NCBI GenBank assembly: GCA_036263775.1
Contig: DATATA010000074.1
Coordinates: 6,782-70,781, forward strand
Length of the DNA: 64,000 nt
Reading direction: 5' to 3'
Origin: Steroidobacteraceae bacterium
GTDB taxonomy: Bacteria > Pseudomonadota > Gammaproteobacteria > Steroidobacterales > Steroidobacteraceae
The notes beneath the pieces are model-generated. The model did not search any database. It was not told the origin of the DNA and was given only the letters and a program-made list of their open reading frames with translations. The position numbers and the translations under genes are program-made. Position 1 is the stretch's first letter. Each line of letters starts with the position of its first letter. Of this stretch, positions 49,973 through 59,697 are shown piece by piece.

Positions 49973-50751
49973 GCGATCCAAAGTCACCGCTTCCGGTATA
50001 CCCGGACCTCGCGGGCAAGGTCGCCCTGGTGACTGGCTCGTCACGGGGTATAGGCGCGGAAACCGCGCGCCATCTCGCAGCCAACGGGGTCAAGGTCGTT
50101 ATCAACGGCAGACAGGCTGAAGCGGTCGAGCGCACCGTCGCAGAGATCAAGGTGTCCGGAGGAGCAGCGATCGGCTGCGTCGCAGACTGCTCGAAAGCCG
50201 AGCAGCTCGAAGGGATGCGCCGGCAGATCGAGCATCAGTTTGGCGTGGTCAGCCTTTTGTTTGCGTTTGCGGGAGGCGACGGCAACCCAGAGCCGGTCGA
50301 GCGGCTCACCGAAGAGCGATGGGACGCGGTGATGGCCGGGAACCTGAAATCCAAATTTTTCACCGTGAAGAGCTTTCTGCCCGGCATGAAGCAGCACGGA
50401 GCGGGGTCGATCGTACTGATGTGTTCGGCAGCCGGACGCGCGCCCAGCCAAGCTTCGCTCGCTTATTCGTCGGCCCAGGCCGGCGTCGCCATGCTCACGC
50501 GAAACCTCGCGCAGCAGCTGGGCAAAGCAGGCGTTCGCGTGAATGCGATCGCCCCCTCGACCGTCATGAACGACAAGATTCGCAGGTTCATGGCCGAGGA
50601 TCAGCAGCGAAGCCTTGCGTCGTCGTATGCGGTTCCCCGCCTCGGCGAGCCTGCGGACGTCGCGGCGGCGGCTCTGTTTCTGGCCTCGGATGCCTCGTCC
50701 TGGATTACGGGCATTGTGCTCGATGTCGCGGGCGGGAAGGTCATGTTGTAA
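49969..50751 (+). CDS. Short-chain dehydrogenase/reductase (SDR)
   Basis: TGSSRGIG, YSSAQAG (a YxxxQ variant of YxxxK), and the PGxxxT-like tail IAPSTV. The start overlaps the marR stop. Confidence 0.8.
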   Translation: MSDPKSPLPVYPDLAGKVALVTGSSRGIGAETARHLAANGVKVVINGRQAEAVERTVAEIKVSGGAAIGCVADCSKAEQLEGMRRQIEHQFGVVSLLFAFAGGDGNPEPVERLTEERWDAVMAGNLKSKFFTVKSFLPGMKQHGAGSIVLMCSAAGRAPSQASLAYSSAQAGVAMLTRNLAQQLGKAGVRVNAIAPSTVMNDKIRRFMAEDQQRSLASSYAVPRLGEPADVAAAALFLASDASSWITGIVLDVAGGKVML

Positions 50752-50769
50752 GGAACGAGCGGAGGCGAC

Positions 50770-51153
50770 GTGAGAATCGTACTCGGATTGCTGATGGCCT
50801 TGAATGCGGCGCTATTCGTGTTCGGCGCGATACAACACGTCGGCGTCGAAATCGGACCCTTTCACGAGCCTGTGATTGTTCCCGCAGCGATCGTGGAGTC
50901 CGTATGCGCGCTCTCGCTGCTTTGGGGGCTGTGGGCGGTGTTCCGCGGTTCCTCAGGCGTCTGGCGCATCGCCTTCACTGGAAATTTGATCGCGCTCGCC
51001 GGCGTGCTGCTCGGCATCGTGGCGCTCGCGGCCGGCCGAGGGCCGCGCACGCTCAGCAACGACAATCTCCACCGCGCCATGCTCACGCTGATCGGTCTCA
51101 GCTTATTGGCGCTTACCTTGAGCCGATTGCTGCCGGGTTTCGGCAAAAAGTGA
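50770..51153 (+). CDS. Small integral membrane protein, hypothetical
   Basis: Four hydrophobic helices. GTG start. Confidence 0.45.
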   Translation: MRIVLGLLMALNAALFVFGAIQHVGVEIGPFHEPVIVPAAIVESVCALSLLWGLWAVFRGSSGVWRIAFTGNLIALAGVLLGIVALAAGRGPRTLSNDNLHRAMLTLIGLSLLALTLSRLLPGFGKK

Positions 51154-51174
51154 GGGCCTGGGAGAGCTGCAACC

Positions 51175-52269
51175 ATGTCGCAAAACCGCCTTCGCTCACT
51201 GCAGATGTGCGTGATCAGCGCTGCCCTGGCAGTTCCCACGGTAACCCCGGCTCAAGACGCTGCATCCGCACGGCGACCGAAAGTGACGGTCGAGGCCGGC
51301 GGGACGGTCGAAGTACCTGCGCAAACCGTGCCGCTCTCGGTATTTCTTAGCCCCGAAGCCAAAGCGTACGTTGCGCAGCATTTGAAGGACATGCAAGACC
51401 CGGAAGTTCTGCAGCAGGATGCCGGCGTGCCGCGATTCATGAAGGGATATCTTGTCCGTGATCACCAGCGGTTCGCCGTGGCAAAAAGCGACGAGAAAAT
51501 CGGTGGCGTACATGTCTATGACTACACGCCGAAATCGGGAATCTCTGCGAAGAACAAGCATCGGATCCTGATCAATCTCCATGGTGGTGCGTTCAGGGGC
51601 TGCTGGCCGGGTTGCGCGGAACTCGAGTCGCTCCCTATCGCTGCATTGGGGAAAGTTCAAGTCATAAGCGTTGACTATCGCGAGGGTCCGGACAACAGAT
51701 TTCCTGCGGCGAGCGAAGACGTCGCGGCGGTCTATCGGGAACTTCTGAAGACCCACAAGCCCGCAAACATCGGCATCTACGGCTGCTCGGCGGGCGGCTT
51801 GCAGACCGCAATGTCGGTGGCGTGGTTCCAAAAGCATTCTCTTCCCACGCCCGGCGCGATCGGAATTTTTTGCGCCTCGGCAGGCACGGTGGTGGGCGGG
51901 GATGCTCTCTTTACTGCCATGCCCTTCGGTGAAGCTCGCTTGGCTCAGCCGGCCACACCGGGCGCAAAATCACCGCCGGGCTATTTCAGCGGCACGGACC
52001 CGAATGACCCGGTGGTTTCGCCCATCAACTCCGCAACAGTTCTCGCGAAGTTCCCGCCGACGCTGATCATCACGGGAACGCGCGACTTCGAACTGAGCTC
52101 CGCGCTCCATACGCACGAGCAATTGGTGAAGCTCGGCGTAGAAACGGAACTCCATGTCTGGGAAGGTCTCTTTCACGGATTCTTTTACAATGCAGATATT
52201 CCGGAGTCGAACGATGCATTCAATGTGATGATCCGGTTCTTCGATCGTCATTTGGGCCGCGGAGCGTGA
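51175..52269 (+). CDS. Secreted alpha/beta hydrolase (esterase/lipase, hormone-sensitive-lipase-like fold)
   Basis: Signal peptide, oxyanion HGGAF, nucleophile elbow GCSAGG, and late D/H residues (TRDFE...GLFHGF). Confidence 0.8.
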   Translation: MSQNRLRSLQMCVISAALAVPTVTPAQDAASARRPKVTVEAGGTVEVPAQTVPLSVFLSPEAKAYVAQHLKDMQDPEVLQQDAGVPRFMKGYLVRDHQRFAVAKSDEKIGGVHVYDYTPKSGISAKNKHRILINLHGGAFRGCWPGCAELESLPIAALGKVQVISVDYREGPDNRFPAASEDVAAVYRELLKTHKPANIGIYGCSAGGLQTAMSVAWFQKHSLPTPGAIGIFCASAGTVVGGDALFTAMPFGEARLAQPATPGAKSPPGYFSGTDPNDPVVSPINSATVLAKFPPTLIITGTRDFELSSALHTHEQLVKLGVETELHVWEGLFHGFFYNADIPESNDAFNVMIRFFDRHLGRGA

Positions 52270-52397
52270 CCGCTGCGGAAGCCGTCGTTTGGAAGAGGGC
52301 ACCGGCTACCCGGCCTGCCCATGCCAAGACGGGGGGGCGATTTTCGACCTGGGTCTCCACATTTCAATGCGCTGCTGCGAACAGGTAGAATCCCGCC

Positions 52398-53501
52398 ATG
52401 TCCGAAGACGTCTCGAACCTAGCGACCCTGCGATCGTCAATCCCGGTTGACGCCGTGGATCTGCGCCGCATCGGCGCGCACCCGGACCAGTGGTACCCTC
52501 TTGCATGGGCGGATGAGCTCAAGCCCGGCAAGACCTTAGGCCGGCGCTTCGCCGGCGAGCCCATCGTCCTGTACCGCGGCAACAGCGGCAAAGTGTTCGC
52601 CTTGGAGGATCGCTGCGCGCATCGTCAAGTACCCTTGCATCTGGGCGTGGTGAGCGGCGACGACCTGAAGTGCCACTATCATGGCTGGGTCTATAACTGC
52701 AGCGGCAAGTGCGTCAATGTGCCCTATCTGGGCCCCGAGCGCTTGCCCACCGGCGTGAGAAGCTATCCTGCGCGCGAGATCGACGGCTTGATTTTTGTTT
52801 TTCCCGGCGATGCCGCGCTCGCCGAAAGCCGAGTGCCGGCAACTCTGGGTTCATCGCGGCGCAAGGATTATAAAACTCGCCGGTTAAACCGCGAGGTTGC
52901 GTGTCATTACACTTTCATGCATGAAAATTTGTTCGACATGAACCATCAATTCATGCACCGCAAACAGATGGGCTCGATACGCGCCCGCTGCTTGGGACGC
53001 AATCACGGCGAGAACTGGGCTGAAGTGGAATACAGCTTCAGCCGCACCGAGGGAAAATCATCCGTTGGCGAGCAAGTCATCGTCGACCTCATGCGTAAGC
53101 GCGGCGAGGCCAAGAAGGATTTTTCCGACCACATGCGCATTCGCACCGACTACCCGACCCAAAGTCTCAAGGTCTGGGTTGGACGCGACATCAAGCAATC
53201 GGACGCACCGGTTCTCGATGTCTGGTTGGGCTACACGCCTCTGGATGCGGAGCAGCGTACCAATCGAACCTATGGGTATCTGTCGGTGAAGAAGCCGAGT
53301 TTTCCCGGAGTCATCCACCTGGTCTGGCCGTTCGTGACTTGGTTCACCGAGAACATTTTCCGCGAGGACAAAGAGATCGTGGAATACGAGCAGAAAGCCT
53401 ACGACCTACAAGGGGCGGATTGGAACAATGAAGTCTTTCCTCCTATCCGCGATCTGCGCGGCGTGCTGGCACGCTGTGGTGTGCCGATGAAACCCGGCTA
53501 G
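52398..53501 (+). CDS. Rieske [2Fe-2S] non-heme iron oxygenase (alpha-subunit type)
   Basis: Rieske motif CAHRQVPL-x16-CHYHGW and a downstream mononuclear iron region (ENLFDMNHQFMH). Confidence 0.8.
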   Translation: MSEDVSNLATLRSSIPVDAVDLRRIGAHPDQWYPLAWADELKPGKTLGRRFAGEPIVLYRGNSGKVFALEDRCAHRQVPLHLGVVSGDDLKCHYHGWVYNCSGKCVNVPYLGPERLPTGVRSYPAREIDGLIFVFPGDAALAESRVPATLGSSRRKDYKTRRLNREVACHYTFMHENLFDMNHQFMHRKQMGSIRARCLGRNHGENWAEVEYSFSRTEGKSSVGEQVIVDLMRKRGEAKKDFSDHMRIRTDYPTQSLKVWVGRDIKQSDAPVLDVWLGYTPLDAEQRTNRTYGYLSVKKPSFPGVIHLVWPFVTWFTENIFREDKEIVEYEQKAYDLQGADWNNEVFPPIRDLRGVLARCGVPMKPG

Positions 53502-53584
53502 GCGGCCGGCGCCCTACGCGCGCGATATTTCACTTTGATGACCGAGGCTGATCTGACGTAAAATACGTCGTAAGTGATGTTGCC

Positions 53585-54253
53585 ATGCTAAATCCACTGC
53601 CATTGCCCCAAACCGCGGCCGCTGAGCGACCGTGGGATGCCCGCCTGGCGCGGCGTTTGGTGGCGCCGCTCATTCACACCCGGGTGACGCCCAATCATCT
53701 GACCACGCTGCGTTTGGCGGTCGGCCTGGCGGCTGCCGCCGCCTTCATACCGGGGCGTTACGCGTGGTCCAATTTGGCTGCGCTGCTGTTGGTAGTGTCG
53801 AATTTTCTGGATCACACCGACGGCGAATTGGCGCGCATGAGCGGCAAGACCAGCCGCATCGGGCATATCTACGATTTAGCCAGCGACGCCGTGGTGACGA
53901 TTTTGCTGTTCATCGCGATCGGCATTGGCGTCGGCGCGCGGTCCGGAGGCGAGGCGAGCTTTCCGCCGGCAGTTTTGGGGCTGGTGGCCGGCGTGGCAGT
54001 CGCACTCATTTTTTATCTGCGCATGCGCATCGAAGAACTGCTCGGCAAGTCCGCGACGCAACAGGCCTCCCTCGGCGGGTTCGAGACCGAGGACGTGCTG
54101 TATTTATTTCCCTTGGCGACGCTCAGTAATGCGCTGATGCCCACGCTGCTTGCGGCAGCAATCTGCGCCCCGCTGTTCGCCGTTTGGGTGATCATCGACT
54201 ATCAACGGTTGCTGCGCCGAGATCGCCGCATGGCTGCTGGGGTCGCCGGATAA
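53585..54253 (+). CDS. CDP-alcohol phosphatidyltransferase family membrane protein
   Basis: Perfect DxxDGxxARx8GxxxDxxxD motif (DHTDGELARMSGKTSRIGHIYDLASD). Multi-TM protein. Confidence 0.85.
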   Translation: MLNPLPLPQTAAAERPWDARLARRLVAPLIHTRVTPNHLTTLRLAVGLAAAAAFIPGRYAWSNLAALLLVVSNFLDHTDGELARMSGKTSRIGHIYDLASDAVVTILLFIAIGIGVGARSGGEASFPPAVLGLVAGVAVALIFYLRMRIEELLGKSATQQASLGGFETEDVLYLFPLATLSNALMPTLLAAAICAPLFAVWVIIDYQRLLRRDRRMAAGVAG

Positions 54254-54255
54254 GC

Positions 54256-55002
54256 GTGGCGGCGACCGCAACCGGAGGCGAGCCGGTCTTAACCTCACGA
54301 TTGGATTCCCTCGATTTGCAGGCCTTGCGCCGCGAATACGCCGCGCAAGGTTGCTTCCTCTATGTCGAAGATTTCTTGCCGCCGCAGCTTACGGCACAAT
54401 TGATCGAGGCGGTTGCCGCCGTAAACGGCGCGGTCAATCGCAATTACCTGCCCGGACATAAACAGGGGGGCAGCGTCAGCCGTCACGTCATCGACAAGCA
54501 GGCGCCGATCATCTCCGAGCTGTACCGGTCGGTTGCGTTGAGACGGTGGCTTGATGAGCTTACAGACGAGCATCTAGAGCTCTCTCCGGCCGACGACCCG
54601 CATGGCTACGCATTTTATTTCTACACGCGCGCGGGAGATCACATCGGCTGGCACTACGACACCTCGTACTATGCCGGCCGGCGCTATACATTGCTGTTCG
54701 GTGTGGTCGACGACTCCTCGTGCACGCTGGACTATCAGCTGCACACGCGCAAGCGGGGTGCAAAGGTGGACTCCGGTTCCATCCGGATCCCGCCGGGCGG
54801 CTTGGTGGTCTTTGATGGCGATGCATTGCGGCATCGAATCAGCCCCTCGCGCGAAGGTGAAACCCGCGTTTCTTTGACCTTCGAGTACGTGACCGATCCG
54901 CGCATGCATCCCGGATGGCGCATCATTTCCAATATGAAGGATGCCTTTGCCTATTTCGGCTTCCGGCAGGTGTTCCATCGCCTATTGGGCCGCGGCGAAT
55001 GA
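54256..55002 (+). CDS. 2-oxoglutarate/Fe(II)-dependent oxygenase-like protein
   Basis: HxD (GWHYDTS) and a distal His (LRHRISP) followed by RVSLTFEY, arranged as in 2OG oxygenases. The GTG start at 54256 is uncertain. Confidence 0.55.
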   Translation: MAATATGGEPVLTSRLDSLDLQALRREYAAQGCFLYVEDFLPPQLTAQLIEAVAAVNGAVNRNYLPGHKQGGSVSRHVIDKQAPIISELYRSVALRRWLDELTDEHLELSPADDPHGYAFYFYTRAGDHIGWHYDTSYYAGRRYTLLFGVVDDSSCTLDYQLHTRKRGAKVDSGSIRIPPGGLVVFDGDALRHRISPSREGETRVSLTFEYVTDPRMHPGWRIISNMKDAFAYFGFRQVFHRLLGRGE

Positions 55003-55991
55003 CCAAGACGGCGAGCTGGCTGCTGAGCATCGGCGTGCTTTTGTTCGTCGCCGTGCTGGTTTCGCAAGATTTGCCCGCCATCGTCGCGACGCTGGCTCAC
55101 GCGGGCTGGGGTCTGTTGTTGGTGGCTGCTTTTCATTTATTGCCGCTGTGGCTCGATGCTGCGGCAATTGGCGTGCTTTTCGAGCCTGGTTCGAGCCGCA
55201 GCCCTGTAAAAGACTCGCTGCTGGCGCGTTGGGTGGGCGAATCCGCCAATAGTCTGATGCCGGCCGGACAACTAGGCGGTACGGTGCTCATGGCGCGCTA
55301 TCTGGCGCGCCACGGATTGCCGACGGAGGATGCGGCCGCGGCCATTACCGTCAGCACGACCTTGCAGACTTTTGCACAAATCGCCTTCGCGCTGCTCGGC
55401 GTCGTCGTGCTGGGGACGCAAACCAGGCATTTCTCGCCTGCGGCGCTGCGAACCGCCGCGCTGGTTGCGAGCGCCTTTTTGGCCGTCCAGGTGGGCGGCT
55501 TTTACCTGATTCAGAGGCGGGGTCTTTTCAGCAAGCTGATGATGGCCGTGAGACGATTCTCGCGCAAGCGCGATTGGTCGCAATGGGTCGCCCAGGCGCA
55601 GGCCATTGATCTCGCCGTGCAGAGTACCTACCGGCGCAACGGACCCGTGACGGCAAGTTTTTTGCTCAGCTTGATCGGCTGGATGGTAGGCACGGGCGAG
55701 GTGTATTTGATCGCCGCCTTGCTGGGCACGCCGGTCGGTTGGCGCGATGCATTCGTGCTCGAAAGCCTGGGCCAGGCTATTCGCGGTGCTGGATTCGCAA
55801 TACCCGGCGCGCTGGGCGTGCAAGAGGGCGGCTATTTGTTGCTCGGCCCCTTGGCAGGTCTCGGGCCCGATGCGGCCTTGGCCTTGTCGCTGGCGAAGCG
55901 CGCGCGCGAATTGTTGTTGGGTTTGCCCGGATTGCTGTATTTGCGGTTTGTCCGCGATGATCCCGCCGCCGCCGGCGCCGCCCCTCCTTGA
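54999..55991 (+). CDS. Lysylphosphatidylglycerol-synthase TM-region / flippase-like membrane protein (UPF0104 family)
   Basis: Roughly eight TM helices with the family-typical (G)ESANSLMPAGQLGG and P.G.GVQEG segments. ATGA overlap with the upstream gene. Confidence 0.65.
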   Translation: MTKTASWLLSIGVLLFVAVLVSQDLPAIVATLAHAGWGLLLVAAFHLLPLWLDAAAIGVLFEPGSSRSPVKDSLLARWVGESANSLMPAGQLGGTVLMARYLARHGLPTEDAAAAITVSTTLQTFAQIAFALLGVVVLGTQTRHFSPAALRTAALVASAFLAVQVGGFYLIQRRGLFSKLMMAVRRFSRKRDWSQWVAQAQAIDLAVQSTYRRNGPVTASFLLSLIGWMVGTGEVYLIAALLGTPVGWRDAFVLESLGQAIRGAGFAIPGALGVQEGGYLLLGPLAGLGPDAALALSLAKRARELLLGLPGLLYLRFVRDDPAAAGAAPP

Positions 55992-56027
55992 GTTAATATC
56001 TCTGACGCTTGATATGGAAGGATTTTG

Positions 56028-56795
56028 ATGCGCGCGATTATTCTGGCGGCTGGGCGAGGTATTCGTCTGCAACTACCCGAGGACAGCCAGCTACCGAAGT
56101 GTTTGCTGCGCTTCGACGGGATGACGCTGCTCGAGCGGCATTTACGTATGCTAAAGAGCGCCGGCATCACCGATGTGGTCTTGGCGCTGGGCTTTCGGCA
56201 CGAACTCGTGGAGGCCGAACTCGATCGCTTGGCGTGGGCGCCACGCCCGCAAATCGTGCTCAACACGAGTTTCGAGCTCGGCAGCGTGCTGACCGTGCAG
56301 ACGGTGGCTCGAGCCATGACCGGCGGCGGCGAAGTCTTGCTGATGGATGCAGACGTATTGTACGACGAGCGCATCTTAACAGCGTTGGTGTCCGGGAGCC
56401 GTCCGGTAAACCGTCTGCTGATCGACCGCGATTTCGAGGCCGGCGACGAACCCGTCAAACTCTGCGTGCAAGGCGGAGTGCCGATCGAGCTGCGCAAGCA
56501 GTTGGCGGCCGATTTAAAATTCGACACGATCGGCGAGTCGGTCGGGTTTTTTCGCTTCGACCAGCCTGGGGCGAAGCGCCTGGCGGAATTGGTCGCAGGC
56601 TACGTCGATACGGGACGTGCCCACATGCCGCATGAAGAAGCGGTGCGCGATTTCTTGAGAGAGAGAAGCCAGGTGCTGGAAGTCGCCGACGTAACGGGAT
56701 TTCCGTGGATTGAAATTGATTTTCCAAATGATGTTGTGCGCGCGACCCAGGAAGTGTTGCCGCAACTTCAGCCGTTATCCAGAGGTGGCCAATGA
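56028..56795 (+). CDS. LicC-like nucleotidyltransferase (cytidylyltransferase family)
   Basis: N-terminal [12 protein letters not shown]...PKCLL nucleotide-binding motif. About 255 aa. Confidence 0.75.
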   Translation: MRAIILAAGRGIRLQLPEDSQLPKCLLRFDGMTLLERHLRMLKSAGITDVVLALGFRHELVEAELDRLAWAPRPQIVLNTSFELGSVLTVQTVARAMTGGGEVLLMDADVLYDERILTALVSGSRPVNRLLIDRDFEAGDEPVKLCVQGGVPIELRKQLAADLKFDTIGESVGFFRFDQPGAKRLAELVAGYVDTGRAHMPHEEAVRDFLRERSQVLEVADVTGFPWIEIDFPNDVVRATQEVLPQLQPLSRGGQ

Positions 56796-58489
56796 ATGCA
56801 ACGACTCGCCCCGCCGCGGGGTCCGCTTATCAAAAGAGCGCCAAGGGCAGTGCTCCGACGCGCTCCGCCAAGCTGCGCCAGATGCTGCACAGCGCGGATT
56901 TGGAGTTTCTGATGGAGGCCCACAACGGTCTCTCGGCGCGCATCGTGCGCGAGGCCGGCTTCAAGGGCATTTGGGCGTCGGGGCTGACCATATCTGCGCA
57001 GTTCGGCGTGCGCGACAACAACGAGGCGAGCTGGACCCAGGTCGTTGATATGTTGGAGTTCATGGCGGATGCCGGCGACTTGCCAATATTGCTCGACGGC
57101 GACACCGGGTACGGCAATTTCAACAATATGCGCCGTCTGGTGCGCAAACTCGAGCAGCGCGGGATCGCCGGCGTCTGCATCGAGGACAAGCAATTTCCAA
57201 AAACGAACAGCTTCTTGAACGGCGAGCGGCAGCCGCTGGCCGACATCGAGGAGTTCGTGGGCAAGATCGCTGCCGGAAAGGACACCCAGCAGGACGCCAA
57301 TTTCTCGATTGTGGCCCGGGTCGAGGCGCTGATCGCCGGCTGGGGCATGGACGAGGCTTTGCGCCGCGCGGAAGCCTACCGGCTCGCCGGTGCCGACGCG
57401 ATTCTCATTCATAGCAAGCTATCGAAGCCGGATGAGATCGTAACCTTCGCCAAGGAATGGGCTCGGCGCGCACCGTTGGTCATAGTGCCGACCCGTTACT
57501 ACAGCACGCCAACGGATGTGTTTCGCCAGGCCGGCATCAGCACCGTCATTTGGGCCAATCATCTGGTGCGTGCGGCCGCTTCGGCAATGCAGAGCATCGC
57601 CAAGGAGATATTCGAGAGCCAGACGCTGGTGAATGTCGAGGACCGCATCGTCTCGGTCAATGAGATCTTTCGTCTGCAGGACGCGGAGGAATACTCGGCG
57701 GCGGAGCGGATTTATCTGTCGAACGGCGGCTCGCCGCGGGCAGCAGTGGTATTGGCTGCGAGCCGCGGCAGAGGGCTGGAGGCAATTACCGAGGATCGTC
57801 CCAAGGTGATGCTGCCCATAGCGGGCAAGCCGCTGCTGCGCTGGTTGGTCGATGGCTTTAAAAAAGAAAACATCAACGATATTACCGTGGTGGGCGGGTA
57901 CCGCGCCGATGCGATCGATACGGCCGGAATCAAACTCGTGGTCAACCAGCGCTACGCCGAGACCGGCGAATTGACGTCGCTGGCGTGCGCCGTCGAATCC
58001 CTCGACTCGGACGCGGTCATTGCCTACGGCGATTTGTTGTTTCGCAGCTATGTGCTGCGGGACCTCGTGGAGTCCAAGGCGGATTTTGCCGTCATCGTCG
58101 ATTCGCTCATGACCGGCGACAGCAATCTTACCGTGCGCGACTATGCATACTGCTCCCGTAGCGACGACCGCGGACTGTTCGGCACGCCGGTACTGCTCGA
58201 GCGAGTCACGAGTGCGGCCGACCTTGAACGCACGCCCCACGGCAGATGGGTCGGTATGCTGGGTGTCAGCCGCGCGGGCCTGAGCAAGATCAAAGCGATG
58301 ATCGCGACGCTGCGCGCCGAGCCCCGCTTCGATGAATTGGATCTGCCCGCGCTGCTCAATGCCTTGGTCGCCGCCGGCTCGGCCGTAGAGGTTGTGTACG
58401 TTCATGGCCACTGGCGCGGCGTCAATGATTTGGAAGATTTGAGACAGGCCGTGGACTTTGCCCACGCCCAGGCCCCCTTCGATCGATGA
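56792..58489 (+). CDS. Phosphoenolpyruvate mutase fused to a C-terminal nucleotidyltransferase domain
   Basis: PepM hallmarks ([35 protein letters not shown]). The C-terminal ~230 aa carry [12 protein letters not shown]...[17 protein letters not shown] overlap at the start. Confidence 0.9.
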   Translation: MNATTRPAAGSAYQKSAKGSAPTRSAKLRQMLHSADLEFLMEAHNGLSARIVREAGFKGIWASGLTISAQFGVRDNNEASWTQVVDMLEFMADAGDLPILLDGDTGYGNFNNMRRLVRKLEQRGIAGVCIEDKQFPKTNSFLNGERQPLADIEEFVGKIAAGKDTQQDANFSIVARVEALIAGWGMDEALRRAEAYRLAGADAILIHSKLSKPDEIVTFAKEWARRAPLVIVPTRYYSTPTDVFRQAGISTVIWANHLVRAAASAMQSIAKEIFESQTLVNVEDRIVSVNEIFRLQDAEEYSAAERIYLSNGGSPRAAVVLAASRGRGLEAITEDRPKVMLPIAGKPLLRWLVDGFKKENINDITVVGGYRADAIDTAGIKLVVNQRYAETGELTSLACAVESLDSDAVIAYGDLLFRSYVLRDLVESKADFAVIVDSLMTGDSNLTVRDYAYCSRSDDRGLFGTPVLLERVTSAADLERTPHGRWVGMLGVSRAGLSKIKAMIATLRAEPRFDELDLPALLNALVAAGSAVEVVYVHGHWRGVNDLEDLRQAVDFAHAQAPFDR

Positions 58490-59697
58490 TCGAGGCGCGG
58501 CATTTCGTCGAGGCTGCGCGCGCACGCGGATTTTACTGGTATGCCGGCGTACCGTGTTCCTTCCTTACGCCCTTCATCAACTACGTGCTTCAGGATCCCG
58601 CTCTGCATTATGTCTCTGCGGCAAACGAGGGCGATGCGGTGGCGTTGATTGCCGGCGTGGCGCTCGGCGGTACAGGCGCGGCGCTCGGCGGTGGGGCGGG
58701 CGCGGCTCACGGCCGCGGCATTGCGATGATGCAGAATTCCGGATTGGGCAATGCGGTAAGCCCCTTGACTTCGTTGACCTGGACCTTCCGCTTGCCGCAA
58801 CTGCTGATCGTCACGTGGCGCGCTCAACCCGGCATTGCCGATGAACCGCAGCACGCCTTGATGGGCCCGATTACGCCCACCATGCTCGAGACCATGCAGA
58901 TACCGTGGGAGTTGTTTCCCACGGACACGGCGCAGATCGACGCCGCCCTGGATCGCGCAACGGCGCATATGGAGCAAACCGGCCGGCCGTACGCGCTGGT
59001 GATGCAAAAGGGCAGTGTGGCTTCCTATCCGTTAAAGGTGGGGGTCGGGGCGATATCGAGCCGCTCGGCGGCGGCGAGCGCGGTGCACGCAACTCGCGGC
59101 GTGGCCGCCGACATGAGGCCGACTCGCGAGGAGGCGCTGCGTCTGGTGGTGGCGCGCACCTCGCCGGAGTCGACGGTGCTCCTGGCATCCACCGGTTTTT
59201 GCGGACGCGAACTGTACGCGATACAGGATCGCGCCAATCATCTTTATATGGTCGGTTCGATGGGATGCGTGCTGCCGCTGGCTCTTGGACTTGCATTGGC
59301 CCGTCCCGATTTGCGCGTGCTCGCATTGGACGGCGACGGCGCTGCGCTCATGCGCCTCGGCGCATTCGCGACTGCCGGAGTGTACGGTCCCGGTAACTTG
59401 TGGCACCTTCTGCTCGACAATGGCGCGCACGATTCCACCGGAGGCCAAGCAACGGTTTCGCCTCGAATCGGCTTCGCCGAAGTGGCGGCAGGGTGCCGCT
59501 ATGCCTCCGCGTTCGAGACCGATGACCTTGAGCGGATTGCGACCTGGTTGGACCAACCGCCGCTCGATGGCGCGCGCTTTGCCAGGCTGCTTATCCGCCC
59601 GGGGACGCGCAGCGACCTGCCCCGTCCCTCCGCTACGCCCGTCGAGGTGAAGACGCGTTTAATGCAGCACATCGGCGCGCCGGGTAGGGCACGCTAG
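58486..59697 (+). CDS. Phosphonopyruvate decarboxylase (TPP-dependent)
   Basis: TPP motif [12 protein letters not shown]...[14 protein letters not shown] and an N-terminal GVPCSFL pyrimidine-binding domain. ATGA overlap with pepM. Confidence 0.88.
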   Translation: MIEARHFVEAARARGFYWYAGVPCSFLTPFINYVLQDPALHYVSAANEGDAVALIAGVALGGTGAALGGGAGAAHGRGIAMMQNSGLGNAVSPLTSLTWTFRLPQLLIVTWRAQPGIADEPQHALMGPITPTMLETMQIPWELFPTDTAQIDAALDRATAHMEQTGRPYALVMQKGSVASYPLKVGVGAISSRSAAASAVHATRGVAADMRPTREEALRLVVARTSPESTVLLASTGFCGRELYAIQDRANHLYMVGSMGCVLPLALGLALARPDLRVLALDGDGAALMRLGAFATAGVYGPGNLWHLLLDNGAHDSTGGQATVSPRIGFAEVAAGCRYASAFETDDLERIATWLDQPPLDGARFARLLIRPGTRSDLPRPSATPVEVKTRLMQHIGAPGRAR

